Shown here in pieces: positions 37,905-48,556 of a stretch of 64,000 bases of DNA. The stretch's first letter is position 1. Every line of letters starts with the position of its first letter. The DNA is from Ignavibacteria bacterium (GTDB taxonomy: Bacteria; Bacteroidota; Ignavibacteria; Kapaibacteriales; UBA2268). Location: contig JAERMQ010000009.1 of the NCBI GenBank assembly GCA_016844745.1, positions 7,184 through 71,183 on the forward strand, written 5' to 3'. The position numbers and the translations under genes are program-made. The notes under the pieces were generated by a model. It worked only from the letters and a program-made list of their open reading frames with translations, ran no database searches and had not been told where the DNA came from.

Positions 37905-39536
37905 TTACATTTTTACAAACTTCTTGCCATCGAAATAAAGATTGAGTATCGTGGTGTCTTTTGTAAAAAGAATAATTTCGGCTTGAGTACGGGGAATGTT
38001 ATTAATGACGGTAGTAGTAATATTAAGATGATAATCATTATTACCATAGCTTAGATTTTCATTAGTAATAAATGCCTTTGTTTTTTCTCCAATAGGCAAA
38101 AAACGGGCATTTTCCGATGTTAATAAAAATTCTCCATTAGCTTTTTGTTCGATATTGATTTTGCAATTGGCTGAAGTTTCTATTCTCAGGGGGGATTCTA
38201 CTTCAAGTTTCCTGCCTCCAATGCTGAACTCGACGGCTTGCTGAACGCCGATTTTCATTGCGTTGATTCGCTCTATTTTATCGGGTACTCCCCATAGTAC
38301 AATTTTCTTATACTTAAATAAATCAAACTGTTTAAATGATTGAAGCGCTGAATTGACAGTCTTACCAACTGATTGCCATTTCAGCATTTGGGAATTATTT
38401 ATTACGGCAAAATAGAATAGCAGCATGATTAGAGCAGGTTTGGCAATTGGGAACTTTTCGATTTTAAATAAATAAGAAAATATTACTCCGAAGAATATGA
38501 CTAATCCAACAGATGAAATAAACGTGTACCATCTCATCAACATAAGTGATGCGGGTATATTAAAGAGCAGGAACCATACTAATCCGAATTGAGCAATTAG
38601 TTTTTCTTCTTTCTGTAATTCCCGATAAACGTAAAATAAAAATGCAGTAAAACATAAAGCTAAAGTGCATAGTACAATCAACATAAAGGTAGATTTGTAA
38701 CTTAGAATCAGCAAATATTCAATTTGTTCTGCTGATAATATTGAAACCGGAATGATTGCAAAATAATTAAAAAGATAGGTTGATGGATTAACATTCTTTA
38801 TATTGGGTGAATTGAATAAATCCCATTCGAAAAATAAATACCTTAACAAAAATAAAAAAAATAAGATAGAGGTTGCTATTAAAAATGCCCTGGTAGCATT
38901 TTTAAGTGATTTCACACTATTGGAATCAAATTTTATAAGAACAAAGGGTAATAAAATACCAAGGGTGGCAGACTCTTTTGATAATGCTGCCAAAATAAAT
39001 GACAATAAACTAAGATAATAATAAAGCTTTTTTCTTCCACTAATTCCATAATTATAAAATAACACGGCAATGAGCAAAAACAAAGCAGCAAGCACATCCC
39101 CTCGGGAGGCAATCCACCCAACGGCAAGTTCGTGAGCGGGTAAAAGAGCAAAAATCAATGCAGTCATTGATGCTGTTAATTCATTTTTACTAAAAGAGAA
39201 AATCAATTTTCTAACTAAAAGAACGGATATAATATAAATAATTAAATTTTCTATTCGATAGGCAACAGGATTCATTCCAAATAAATATTTTGTCAAAGCA
39301 TGAAAAATATTCTGAATTGGTCTCCAGTAATAAACAGTAACGTCATTATTAAAAAAATTCTTGAAGCAATCCAGAAACGATTGAGGATTATGCCAACCCA
39401 GAATTTGAAAATCATCGTTGAGAAATGGAATACCGATAACAGGATGCCATGCCAGACATGTTGCGGAAATAAGAATAGAAATCCCAATGATACCCTGGAT
39501 TCTGCGTGAAGATAAATCAATTTTGGAAATAAGCAA
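37905..39536 (-). CDS. GT-C fold integral membrane glycosyltransferase-like protein (PMT/TMTC-like)
   Basis: FLNDDF, YWRP, ALIFALLPAHE.AV.WI..R, ALSKES motifs; multiple TM segments. Confidence 0.75.
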   Translation of the reverse strand: MLISKIDLSSRRIQGIIGISILISATCLAWHPVIGIPFLNDDFQILGWHNPQSFLDCFKNFFNNDVTVYYWRPIQNIFHALTKYLFGMNPVAYRIENLIIYIISVLLVRKLIFSFSKNELTASMTALIFALLPAHELAVGWIASRGDVLAALFLLIAVLFYNYGISGRKKLYYYLSLLSFILAALSKESATLGILLPFVLIKFDSNSVKSLKNATRAFLIATSILFFLFLLRYLFFEWDLFNSPNIKNVNPSTYLFNYFAIIPVSILSAEQIEYLLILSYKSTFMLIVLCTLALCFTAFLFYVYRELQKEEKLIAQFGLVWFLLFNIPASLMLMRWYTFISSVGLVIFFGVIFSYLFKIEKFPIAKPALIMLLFYFAVINNSQMLKWQSVGKTVNSALQSFKQFDLFKYKKIVLWGVPDKIERINAMKIGVQQAVEFSIGGRKLEVESPLRIETSANCKINIEQKANGEFLLTSENARFLPIGEKTKAFITNENLSYGNNDYHLNITTTVINNIPRTQAEIILFTKDTTILNLYFDGKKFVKM

Positions 39537-39787
39537 TTTTAACCTTTTTAGAAAATACTAATTACTTAATTTACAAAAATATGCAGAAAAATAATCTTAT
39601 TAAATTAATTTTATGTAGTAGAATATGCTACATATAAATCATAGAAACAGTTACAATTTGACAAAAATATTTATTTTAATTTGTCAAAAGTATAATTGAA
39701 TATTTCAACTTTTTCTTATGAAAAATTGAAAAAACTAAAACAATAAAATTAATTTTGGTAATAAAATAAAATTCGGTTTATTAACAA

Positions 39788-40735
39788 ATGAAAGGTGTAT
39801 TATGTTCAGCTCCCCCCCCCCATAAGAATCATGTAATCTTCTTTAATATAAGATATTTACTGGTTCTATTTGTTGTAATCGCTTTAACCCATTTCATGTC
39901 TTTAAATGAAGCAAAAGCACAGTGGTATACACTTTGCAAGTGCCAATCAGATGCGTGGGTCTACCAAAATAAAAGTCTTGAATATTATTGCCCTGGTTCA
40001 CAAACATCATGTACAATTTATTATGTCCTTGGAATTAATGAAGAATGTAATGAATATTTTATTTCAGTACGATGGTTTACTTGCTTCCCAATGTGCACTG
40101 GGTGGACTGTAAGAGATTATTACAATCTTGTAGTTCAAGAAGTTGTAGCAAGAGGACCTCTTGGTGGTAGTTCTTACGTTAATCTCACCTTTGCTTCATG
40201 TTGGTATTCAAAAGAGGAACAAGATGCAAATGGTATTAAATGGATCACTTTACATCCTTGCAGTTATTATAATTGCTGTCACACAACTTATGATGTTTCA
40301 ACTAATCCACCATCAGTAATTTATGAAAATGATGGACCATGTAACCCTCCCTTAGACCCTGAAACCAATAATTCATGTATCCATGTATGCGACCCACCTT
40401 GGACTCCCAAAATCTCAATTCAAGACCTTCCCAATGATAACCAAGGTAATGAAAAAAATTCCGAAGAGAGTGATTTCAATTATAAATTGGCGTTGTTCCC
40501 TAACAGACCTGGGGATGTGATATCACTAAGTTTAAAATCGGACTATAAGGGTAAAATTGATATTTATATTAGTGATATTGAAGGCAAAATCATATTTAAA
40601 AACCATTTTATTTCTAATAATTCAGCCGATGTTGCGTTTGGTCTTGGTTATAATTTGGAATCAGGAATTTATTTCTATCAAATAATACTGGATGATGGTA
40701 GAAAATATACTGGGAAGATTAATAATGTTAAATAG
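39788..40735 (+). CDS. Cys-rich secreted protein with T9SS-like CTD
   Basis: Signal peptide (EAKAQ), many Cys incl. CC, LFPN..ISDIEGK..SGIYFYQI; C10 tract at 39812-39821. Confidence 0.7.
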   Translation: MKGVLCSAPPPHKNHVIFFNIRYLLVLFVVIALTHFMSLNEAKAQWYTLCKCQSDAWVYQNKSLEYYCPGSQTSCTIYYVLGINEECNEYFISVRWFTCFPMCTGWTVRDYYNLVVQEVVARGPLGGSSYVNLTFASCWYSKEEQDANGIKWITLHPCSYYNCCHTTYDVSTNPPSVIYENDGPCNPPLDPETNNSCIHVCDPPWTPKISIQDLPNDNQGNEKNSEESDFNYKLALFPNRPGDVISLSLKSDYKGKIDIYISDIEGKIIFKNHFISNNSADVAFGLGYNLESGIYFYQIILDDGRKYTGKINNVK

Positions 40736-42275
40736 ATTTTTGCGTAAAACAAGGCTGCTCGTTTTAGCAGCCTTGTTTTTATATTTGAATTTAGAAGCTC
40801 AAAAGGTTATTTCTGATACATGCTTACCTAAAGGATATAATAGGAACATTGATTCAACAATAACAGAATCAGGAAATGATGTAAAAATTTACAATTTTGA
40901 TTTTACCGAACAAGTCAATCAATTGTTAATTGGCGGTAATACAAGTCAATCTGAAAACGTGATTTTAACCAAAGGAAATAATAATTGGAAGGTAATATTT
41001 CGAGACAGGTCTGTTTCTAATAAGAGTGAAGGATTAATTCATAATCCAAAAATGGTTACAGATTATAAAAGAATAGGTAATTATTTTTACATTTTATGTG
41101 GAAGACATGGATACGTTATGTCGGGCATTTATGATTCAGTAACAAATAAAACTTATAATGTCGATACTGTGGCAGCCAAAGCCTATATTTTAGTTGGAAA
41201 TTTATTGGATTCTACATTTAAAAAAATAATCAAATTGGAGGAATACTATGCAAACCAATTCTTCTATTTTGAGAACTACGGATGGATAGTTGCAGGGCAG
41301 GAATATATCTATAAATTCAGCAAAGATTTCGATACTCTTTATGAGAAACTCCCTATTACTCCATCAGAATTGAAAGAGTACAGGCTTACCGATGTGAAAT
41401 ATTTTATCAATACTCAGACTTGCGCAGCAATATCCCCGGATACTATATACTTTAATTTCGTAAAAATTACCGATGCTCAGAAAATGGCTTCAATACCGGT
41501 TTATGAAGCAGCATTGTATAGAACGGTTGATGGGTGTAAATCTTTTGAAAAGCTTAATTTACCCATCAATAAATTTGGCTATATATATTTTAAAAATGCT
41601 CTTGAAGGCTATTATAGCGGTCAGTTCTATTTTTATCCTTATGCCGGATACGTTTCTATGATTTCCTTTATTTTCAGAACAAAGGATGGCTGCAAAACAT
41701 GGGATACATTAGTATATAATAACAATTACAAAATCAATATTAATTTCCCCGTTCCAGTATCATGCGATTACGGTGCTTATATGAAATTTTATAATAATGG
41801 TCGATTGGGAGTGTCAACATCGAGCAATACAGAAATATATTTATCTACGGATTATGGCTCTAATTGGAAACAATTAGTACCGTTCGACACAGTAACAAAA
41901 TGTTTTTCAGCTAGAAGCTATATAGGGTATTTTTCTAATTGTCTTTACAATGGAACGCTATACTGGGGTTCGTCTTTTGAAACAAGGTATTTTACTTATT
42001 CAAACGAAATCCTTGGCGTTGAGGATGTAGTGGAAATGCCGATAGAAATAAATTCCGGAAATAAATTTCTTATATCAGGCGACTATTTAATATTAAATGA
42101 TGAATTATTAACTGAAATCAAGTATCCGGCAGATTATATTCTTTTTTCTTCCATCGGTCAATTACTAAAAAGTTCAGTAGTAATAGATAACAGGATTGAC
42201 TTATCAGGTTTTCCCGCAGGTGTGTATACAATTATAATAAATCAAAGCACTAAAATAATGATTATTAAATATTAA
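40725..42275 (+). CDS. Secreted BNR/Asp-box (YCF48-like) propeller protein with T9SS-like CTD
   Basis: RTVDGCKSF, RTKDGCKTW, STDYGSNW Asp-boxes; SSIGQ..IDLSGFPAGVY CTD. Confidence 0.72.
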   Translation: MLNRFLRKTRLLVLAALFLYLNLEAQKVISDTCLPKGYNRNIDSTITESGNDVKIYNFDFTEQVNQLLIGGNTSQSENVILTKGNNNWKVIFRDRSVSNKSEGLIHNPKMVTDYKRIGNYFYILCGRHGYVMSGIYDSVTNKTYNVDTVAAKAYILVGNLLDSTFKKIIKLEEYYANQFFYFENYGWIVAGQEYIYKFSKDFDTLYEKLPITPSELKEYRLTDVKYFINTQTCAAISPDTIYFNFVKITDAQKMASIPVYEAALYRTVDGCKSFEKLNLPINKFGYIYFKNALEGYYSGQFYFYPYAGYVSMISFIFRTKDGCKTWDTLVYNNNYKININFPVPVSCDYGAYMKFYNNGRLGVSTSSNTEIYLSTDYGSNWKQLVPFDTVTKCFSARSYIGYFSNCLYNGTLYWGSSFETRYFTYSNEILGVEDVVEMPIEINSGNKFLISGDYLILNDELLTEIKYPADYILFSSIGQLLKSSVVIDNRIDLSGFPAGVYTIIINQSTKIMIIKY

Positions 42276-42298
42276 AGGGGTTCTAAAAATTACAAATT

Positions 42299-42595
42299 GT
42301 TCCTGCGGATGAGGCTACGTGAAAAGTCAATAAAATTGTCATCCTGAACTCCAAAATACTAAGAATAATAAAAATAAAAAATGACAAATTCAAGAGAAAT
42401 CCCCCCTACCCCCCTTTTTCAAAGGGGGATAAGAAAAATATTTATAAATCCCCCTTTGAAAAAGGGGGGTAGGGGGGATTTCTTAAACTTGAAATTATTG
42501 AACTTTTTTGAATTAAGAAAAATCTGTCATTGGTAACTTGATTCAGGATACATAAACCGCACTGGGAGGGGATTCCTGTATCCGCAGGAATGATA
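42299..42595 (+). mobile_element. Composite nested repeat element
   Basis: TTCCTGCGGAT..ATCCGCAGGAA outer IR enclosing GAGGCTACGTGAAAAGTCAA, the C-type end, the TCCAAAAT insert and a family B core. Confidence 0.8.
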
Positions 42596-42606
42596 TTCTT
42601 TAATTT

Positions 42607-43509
42607 TTAGAACCTCCCTTTATTGAATCCGTTCTTAATAAGAAATTGCTCCAATGTCATGCAGTTCAGGTATTTATCTTTGCAATTTTTTATGGCGGTT
42701 TCAATTTCCGGTGGATAGGGAGGACGTCCGTTTTTTTCAGATAATAGCCGCATCTTGTAGAATTCTTTTGCAAAAAGTTTCATTGCGAATGTAGGTTCTG
42801 CCTTATATTCAAAAGACTCGCCATCATTAATTTTACTCAAAAGCGCAGCTAACTCATTTCCCGAAACAAAATCTGTTATCAGGTTCATCTCAATATTATG
42901 ATAATACTTTTGGAACTGGAAGGCAATAGTTACAAACTCGCCAATATCCTTGCTTGAGATATATGGTATTTTTGCATCGCCATCGGTGGAGCCTTTGATA
43001 ATACCATCCTTGATAGGAAAGTAGGGGGCGCCTAAATTATCCATAAATGTAGCTAATTTGAAAATTGTAAAGGGTACAGTTCCTTCCCGAATATTATTTT
43101 CCAGCATTAATTTACTTTCTAAATGCGGTATTCCGGTTTCTTCCATTCCAATACTCAGGACGGAAGTAAATACAAGGTGCCTTATACCGGATTCACGGCA
43201 TGCTTCAATAATATTCCTGCCCTGTTTCATTTCTTCTTTAGTACTGACTTTTTTATAATCTTTCGACCATGGTTGAGTTAAACCGAACACACCATGTGCA
43301 TTTTTAAAAGCTGCTAATAATGAGGCTTTATCATTTAAGTCACCAAACATTACATCTGCTCCCTTTTCATATAAGGCATTAGCCGAAACATTATCCGGAT
43401 ACCGGGTTAAGGCAACAACATGAAAATCTCTTGAACGAAGCAATGCATCTACTACTGCACCACCCTGGTTTCCTGTTGCACCGCATACAACTATTGTATT
43501 TTTTGCCAT
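42607..43509 (-). CDS. NmrA-family NAD(P)-binding protein
   Basis: VVCGATGNQGGAV, ALTR, GDL, IPHLESK. Confidence 0.9.
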   Translation of the reverse strand: MAKNTIVVCGATGNQGGAVVDALLRSRDFHVVALTRYPDNVSANALYEKGADVMFGDLNDKASLLAAFKNAHGVFGLTQPWSKDYKKVSTKEEMKQGRNIIEACRESGIRHLVFTSVLSIGMEETGIPHLESKLMLENNIREGTVPFTIFKLATFMDNLGAPYFPIKDGIIKGSTDGDAKIPYISSKDIGEFVTIAFQFQKYYHNIEMNLITDFVSGNELAALLSKINDGESFEYKAEPTFAMKLFAKEFYKMRLLSEKNGRPPYPPEIETAIKNCKDKYLNCMTLEQFLIKNGFNKGRF

Positions 43510-43514
43510 AGATT

Positions 43515-43716
43515 TTTAATTGTTAATTGTCAATTGTTAATTTGTCTGAATTAGGATTTTTAGGATTATAAGATTATAGGATAAATAATTCATAATTCAT
43601 AATTCATAATTCGTAATTTTCTGAACCTTGATTTACCTGATTAAATGATTACCATGATTATTTTTTATAATTAGTAATTAGTAATTAGTAATTAGTAATT
43701 AGTAATTAGTAATTGT
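43515..43716. repeat. Cluster of heptamer tandem repeats (AATTGTY, AATTCAT, AATTAGT) and family E half-elements
   Basis: (TAATTAG)n at 43668-43713; (AATTCAT)n at 43587-43615; similar units at 1290-1322 and 20795-20830. Confidence 0.8.
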
Positions 43717-43719
43717 TAT

Positions 43720-45999
43720 TCACTTCCTGATAACTGCAATTTTACCAACAGATGAAGTGTTGGTGGAACTCGAAGAAGTAACAATAAGATATATTCCACT
43801 TGAAACTAAATTGCCGGAAGAGTCACGCCCATCCCAGGTTGTAATTTTACTTCTTGTGGTTATAGAACGAATGAATTCACCGTTTGATGTCAGGATGCGG
43901 ACATCCGAATCGGCTGCGAGTCCGTCAATAAATAGTTCTTTATCCAATCCCGAATAAAAAGGTTGGGGATAGCAATTGAGCGAATAAGATTCCAATGGCT
44001 GCACGGACTGTGTTGAAGCCATGTAGAGCTGATTCCTTGTGCCGATGTATAAAGTACCTGTTTGTTCGTTCAGGGCAAGGGAAAGAATCTCATTTGTAGC
44101 AAGAGGACTATTAGAAGTGTTGTAAGTAGCAATTGTATCGCTTCCATCTTCATTTAGAATCCATATTCCGGAATTTGTTGCAAACCATTTATTATTTAAT
44201 GGGTCAACTAAAATATCATTAATTTTTTGCCCTTTTAAAATAAATACTTCCTTTTGGATGATCGGTTGGAATCCGGAAATTACAAAGTCGGGATTATGTA
44301 GAACAGATACACCAAATACGGTACCTATCCAAAGCCATCCCGATTTATCGAAAGCGAGGGCTCTTTGTATATTACTGATTAATTTATTTGAAGTAGTCAG
44401 CATATCGAATTTATCATCCTTTGGATTATCGGGAGTACCCATCTCATTGAAGTAATATAATCCCAGTCCATCTTCTTCCGAACCCAACCATTTAGTACCG
44501 TACCTGTCGATAGCAAGTGTGAGGAAGGCTCGATTGCCGGGATTAAGCCTGTTTTCATAGCAATGCATATTGTTATCTTTATCTATGGAAAAAAGGACAG
44601 ACCCGGGAGAACTCTTTACTCCAAAATTTATTACCCATACTGTTCCATTATTGTCTTGTTCTGCTTTACCCATTACTACATAGGTGTCATGATCCGGTAA
44701 TGTAGGTTTAATACAGGAATTTTTAGTATCATAATTTGAAAAGATATTGCTATCAGCTTTTTCTTCAAATATTAGAACACCGGTTCCCCAGGAAGAGGCA
44801 ACAATTCTTCCATCAGTTAAGGCTTTAATCCTGAAATAACTGTTAGTTAGAATCTGCTTGTATTTATCATCTTCCACGTTAAATAATGTCCAGGTTTTTG
44901 AATCAAAACTTTCGAATCCGGCTCCGGCAGTAGATATTGCCGTCGATGCCCAAAGACGCCCTTTCGGGTCGATATCCAATTCGGTAAATTGGTTTGTTTT
45001 AGGAGTATTTATTGGAATTCGTGTAAATTTACCATTGATAAAGTAACCTGCCCCTTGATTGGAATATCCGATAGCTATTAATGGATTATCAATTGAGCCA
45101 CCAAAATCAAAACAGGAAATAAATCCCGGATGCTCAATTTTAATTAATTCATCTTTAGGGAGAATTAATAAGCTGAAAAGGTTGGAAATGAATAAATTAT
45201 TGCCATAAGATTTCATGTAGATAGAAGAAAAATCCCTATCTTTAACATATAAGCCGGAAACAATTTTTCCAAAGGAATTCTTCAAAGCGATATATACCGA
45301 ATTCTGGTAAGATGCAAAACTTAATACGGTGTTATCGGAAAGACTATCAGCAGTAGTATAATTTTTCCATGAAAATCGATTTGATATAGAATCAATATTA
45401 GCAACCGCAATGCCGGCATCTGTACCAACCCAAATAATATTATCCTGAATAAACACCTTGTTGGTATTGGTCTCCTTCTGAAAATTACCAAATTGAAAAA
45501 CCGATTCACGAAATACTTTTTTCTCAAGGTCAAAAATTGCCAAGCCAAAACTTGTTGCAACAAATAGTTTTGAATCTTTGATGAGAAAATCATTAATTCT
45601 CCGGTTGGTGATATTCCTGTCTGTTTTTATCGATAAATCATGGAACCATTTTTTATCCTCCGAATAAATATCGATTACTCCATCACCGGAGCCGATAATT
45701 ATCTGCTTACGAACGGAATCGCATATAATAGCTGTGGCATCGAGACTCTCCAAAGCATTAATATTCCTGAATTCTTTAATCTCTTTGGTTAATGTATCGA
45801 AACTGTAAACGCCCCCTGATGTAGCTACCCAAATCCTGCTTTGCCAATCGATAGCAATTGCCAGCGTTTCGTAAAACGAGCTGCTTGCCTGCCAGTTTTC
45901 CAGCCTTTTCTGATATGCAATTGATATTCCTGCCGAAAAGCAAAAAAGAGCTAAAAATAAAATTATTTTTGATATTTGAAAATATGATTTATTCTTCAT
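43720..45999 (-). CDS. porZ: PorZ-like T9SS anionic-LPS delivery protein (double propeller + CTD)
   Basis: Reg_prop-like repeats (IWVATSGG, NNKWFATNSGI, LYIGT); CYPQP..IDGL..VRILTSNG..WDGRD..G..VSSGIY CTD. Confidence 0.8.
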   Translation of the reverse strand: MKNKSYFQISKIILFLALFCFSAGISIAYQKRLENWQASSSFYETLAIAIDWQSRIWVATSGGVYSFDTLTKEIKEFRNINALESLDATAIICDSVRKQIIIGSGDGVIDIYSEDKKWFHDLSIKTDRNITNRRINDFLIKDSKLFVATSFGLAIFDLEKKVFRESVFQFGNFQKETNTNKVFIQDNIIWVGTDAGIAVANIDSISNRFSWKNYTTADSLSDNTVLSFASYQNSVYIALKNSFGKIVSGLYVKDRDFSSIYMKSYGNNLFISNLFSLLILPKDELIKIEHPGFISCFDFGGSIDNPLIAIGYSNQGAGYFINGKFTRIPINTPKTNQFTELDIDPKGRLWASTAISTAGAGFESFDSKTWTLFNVEDDKYKQILTNSYFRIKALTDGRIVASSWGTGVLIFEEKADSNIFSNYDTKNSCIKPTLPDHDTYVVMGKAEQDNNGTVWVINFGVKSSPGSVLFSIDKDNNMHCYENRLNPGNRAFLTLAIDRYGTKWLGSEEDGLGLYYFNEMGTPDNPKDDKFDMLTTSNKLISNIQRALAFDKSGWLWIGTVFGVSVLHNPDFVISGFQPIIQKEVFILKGQKINDILVDPLNNKWFATNSGIWILNEDGSDTIATYNTSNSPLATNEILSLALNEQTGTLYIGTRNQLYMASTQSVQPLESYSLNCYPQPFYSGLDKELFIDGLAADSDVRILTSNGEFIRSITTRSKITTWDGRDSSGNLVSSGIYLIVTSSSSTNTSSVGKIAVIRK

Positions 46000-46195
46000 A
46001 GATATTATTAAAAAGAAAAAAAAATTACTTTAATCAGCAGTCTCTTAGCTAAAAAACAATTGAATATCGTCATACTTAACGATTTAAAAAATATAAAAGT
46101 AACATAGCGATTGTATTCTTCACAAAGTTCTGAACACCAATCTTTATTTATCTTATAATTTTCCGGAAATCTCAATAAATTAATTAAATAATGAA

Positions 46196-46663
46196 TCAGA
46201 CAATTTTCGGAAGCAAACATGCCATTTCGATAGCGGATACTGCAGCCTCGAATCCTTTATTACCCGACTTACTCCCCGAGCGCTCTACTGCCTGCTCTAT
46301 GGTATCTGTTGTCAGGACGCCCATAATACATGGCACACCTGTCTCTAAAGATACTTTTGCAATACCTTTCGTTACTTCGGCAGCAATATAATCGAAATGG
46401 GGCGTAGAACCTCGAATTACCGCACCAAGAGCAATTACTGCATCATACTTCCCTGTTTGAGCAAATTTTCGGGTTACAAGAGGTACTTCGTAAGCACCGG
46501 GGCAATAAGCAATAGTAATTTTGTTATCATCGGCATTATGGCGCAAAAGCCCGTCTAAAGCCCCATCCAACAGCTTGCCGACAATGAATTGATTCCAGCG
46601 TGATACGACAATTGCAAAAGTTTTATCTTTTGCGTCGAAGTTTCCTTCAAGAATTACAGGCAT
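46196..46663 (-). CDS. ribH: 6,7-dimethyl-8-ribityllumazine synthase
   Basis: [32 protein letters not shown]. Confidence 0.97.
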   Translation of the reverse strand: MPVILEGNFDAKDKTFAIVVSRWNQFIVGKLLDGALDGLLRHNADDNKITIAYCPGAYEVPLVTRKFAQTGKYDAVIALGAVIRGSTPHFDYIAAEVTKGIAKVSLETGVPCIMGVLTTDTIEQAVERSGSKSGNKGFEAAVSAIEMACLLPKIV

Positions 46664-46944
46664 TTCATTTCCTTATTGATATTATCAATCAGGTTTATTT
46701 GACGAATTTATCGGAATATTGTTTTGAATAATATCTTATTGTATTTTACAGACGATTTTTCTATCAAAAATTATTTTATTTAAAGCATTTTAGAATAGAT
46801 TAAATTTGCTAAATTGTTAACTTTGTAAATACAAATTAAGATTTAAAATGAAAACAAAAAAATTTCAGGGTAGTTCTTAATTAGCTAAAAACTTGTGGAA
46901 ATGAAGGAAAATATTTCAAACAAATTCTAAAAAGGAGTTCAGAT

Positions 46945-47943
46945 ATGGCATTAAAATTAGCAGTAAACGGATTCGGACGCATTGGACGATTGGTTGTCCG
47001 TGAAATTTTCAATCGCCGGGCTGATGTTGAAGTTGTCGGTATTAACGATATTACCGATGCACGTACTCTTGCCCACATTTTCAAATATGATTCGGTTCAT
47101 AGAAAATTCCCCGGCGAGGTTGCCGTTGGCGAGGGAGCTATTATTATTAATGGTACTAAAGTACCTATATCAGCCGAACGGACAATTGAAGGTATACCAT
47201 GGAAAGATGTCGATATTATTTTGGAGTCAACCGGTATTTATACGAAACGTGAAGCTTTGGATAAGTTCCTGGCAAAAGGAGCCAAAAAAGTCCTCCTTTC
47301 GGCTCCTGCAAAGGATGAATTAGATGCAACCATAGTTTTAGGAGTAAACGAAAATACACTGACCGGCAAAGAAAGACTGCTTTCTAATGCATCATGCACG
47401 ACTAACTGCTTAGCTCCTATGGTAAAGGTATTGAATGATAATTTCGGAATCGAACGAGGCTTGATGACTACTATTCATGCTTATACCAACGACCAGAGAA
47501 TTCTCGACCTGCCACATTCCGATTTACGCCGGGCGCGTTCAGCAGCCGTAAGCGCTATTCCTACGACAACAGGCGCTGCCAAAGCAGTCGGACTTGTTAT
47601 CCCTGAAATGAAGGGGAAATTGAACGGTTATGCTGTTCGTATTCCGGTTCCGGATGGTTCACTGACAGATTTAACCGCTATTCTTACCCGCACTGCAACT
47701 AAGGATGAAATCAATGCTGCAGTTAAGAAAGCAGCCGATAATGAATTGAAGGGTATTTTAGAGTATTCAACAGAGCCATTGGTTTCTGTCGATATTATAG
47801 GCAATCCGCATTCATGTATATTTGATTCGGACCTGACTCAGGTTAACGGCAATATGATAAAGGTAGTCGGTTGGTATGATAACGAATTCGGTTATTCCTG
47901 CAGAATAGTCGATTTGATATTGCTTTTGAGAAATCAGTTGTAA
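46945..47943 (+). CDS. gap: Type I glyceraldehyde-3-phosphate dehydrogenase
   Basis: NGFGRIGR, SNASCTTNCLAP, WYDNEFGYS. Confidence 0.98.
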   Translation: MALKLAVNGFGRIGRLVVREIFNRRADVEVVGINDITDARTLAHIFKYDSVHRKFPGEVAVGEGAIIINGTKVPISAERTIEGIPWKDVDIILESTGIYTKREALDKFLAKGAKKVLLSAPAKDELDATIVLGVNENTLTGKERLLSNASCTTNCLAPMVKVLNDNFGIERGLMTTIHAYTNDQRILDLPHSDLRRARSAAVSAIPTTTGAAKAVGLVIPEMKGKLNGYAVRIPVPDGSLTDLTAILTRTATKDEINAAVKKAADNELKGILEYSTEPLVSVDIIGNPHSCIFDSDLTQVNGNMIKVVGWYDNEFGYSCRIVDLILLLRNQL

Positions 47944-47974
47944 TCTTTATTGTTTTTCTCAAATCTTTCGAATT

Positions 47975-48324
47975 GTCATTCAAGCATTAGAGATTGTGTG
48001 AAAACTATCAATAATAGAAGAATGTCATTCTGAACTCCAAAATAATGGAATTAATAATAATATGCAATAACAAATTCAAGAGAAATCCCCCCTACCCTCC
48101 TTTTTCAAAGGGGGATAAGAAAAATATTCTTCAATCCCCCTTTGAAAAAGGGGGGTAGGGGGGATTTCTCTAAGTTGAAATTTTTGCTAATTTTTGAATC
48201 AAGAAAAATCTGTCATTGGTAACTTGTTTCAGAGTCCAGAAGCAGCATTGGGACTGGAATCTTCACTTCGATTACGAATGACATTCTTCTTGACTTTTTA
48301 CACAACCTCATTCACAGGAATGAC
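47975..48324 (+). mobile_element. Fully symmetric composite nested repeat element
   Basis: GTCATTC/GAATGAC outer, GAG.TTGTGTGAAAA/TTTTTACACAACCTC, AGAAGAATGTCATTC/GAATGACATTCTTCT, then insert with family B core. Confidence 0.82.
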
Positions 48325-48480
48325 TATTTATATAGTATTGCTCTTTTAAATCTGTTCAAATAACTACCGTTTCATTATTTTATTGAAACGGCAGTTTTTA
48401 TAATTTGGCATTATAAAATATTTTTTTTAATTTTGTAGTCTGTATAGTTTACAAAACTATTTGATATGAAATTATTTCAT

Positions 48481-48555
<75 letters not shown>

Positions 48556-48556
48556 C

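Noticed and set aside
46008..46220. 70-aa ORF between ribH and porZ
   Set aside because: Overlaps the ribH end, AT-rich, no motifs; probably intergenic
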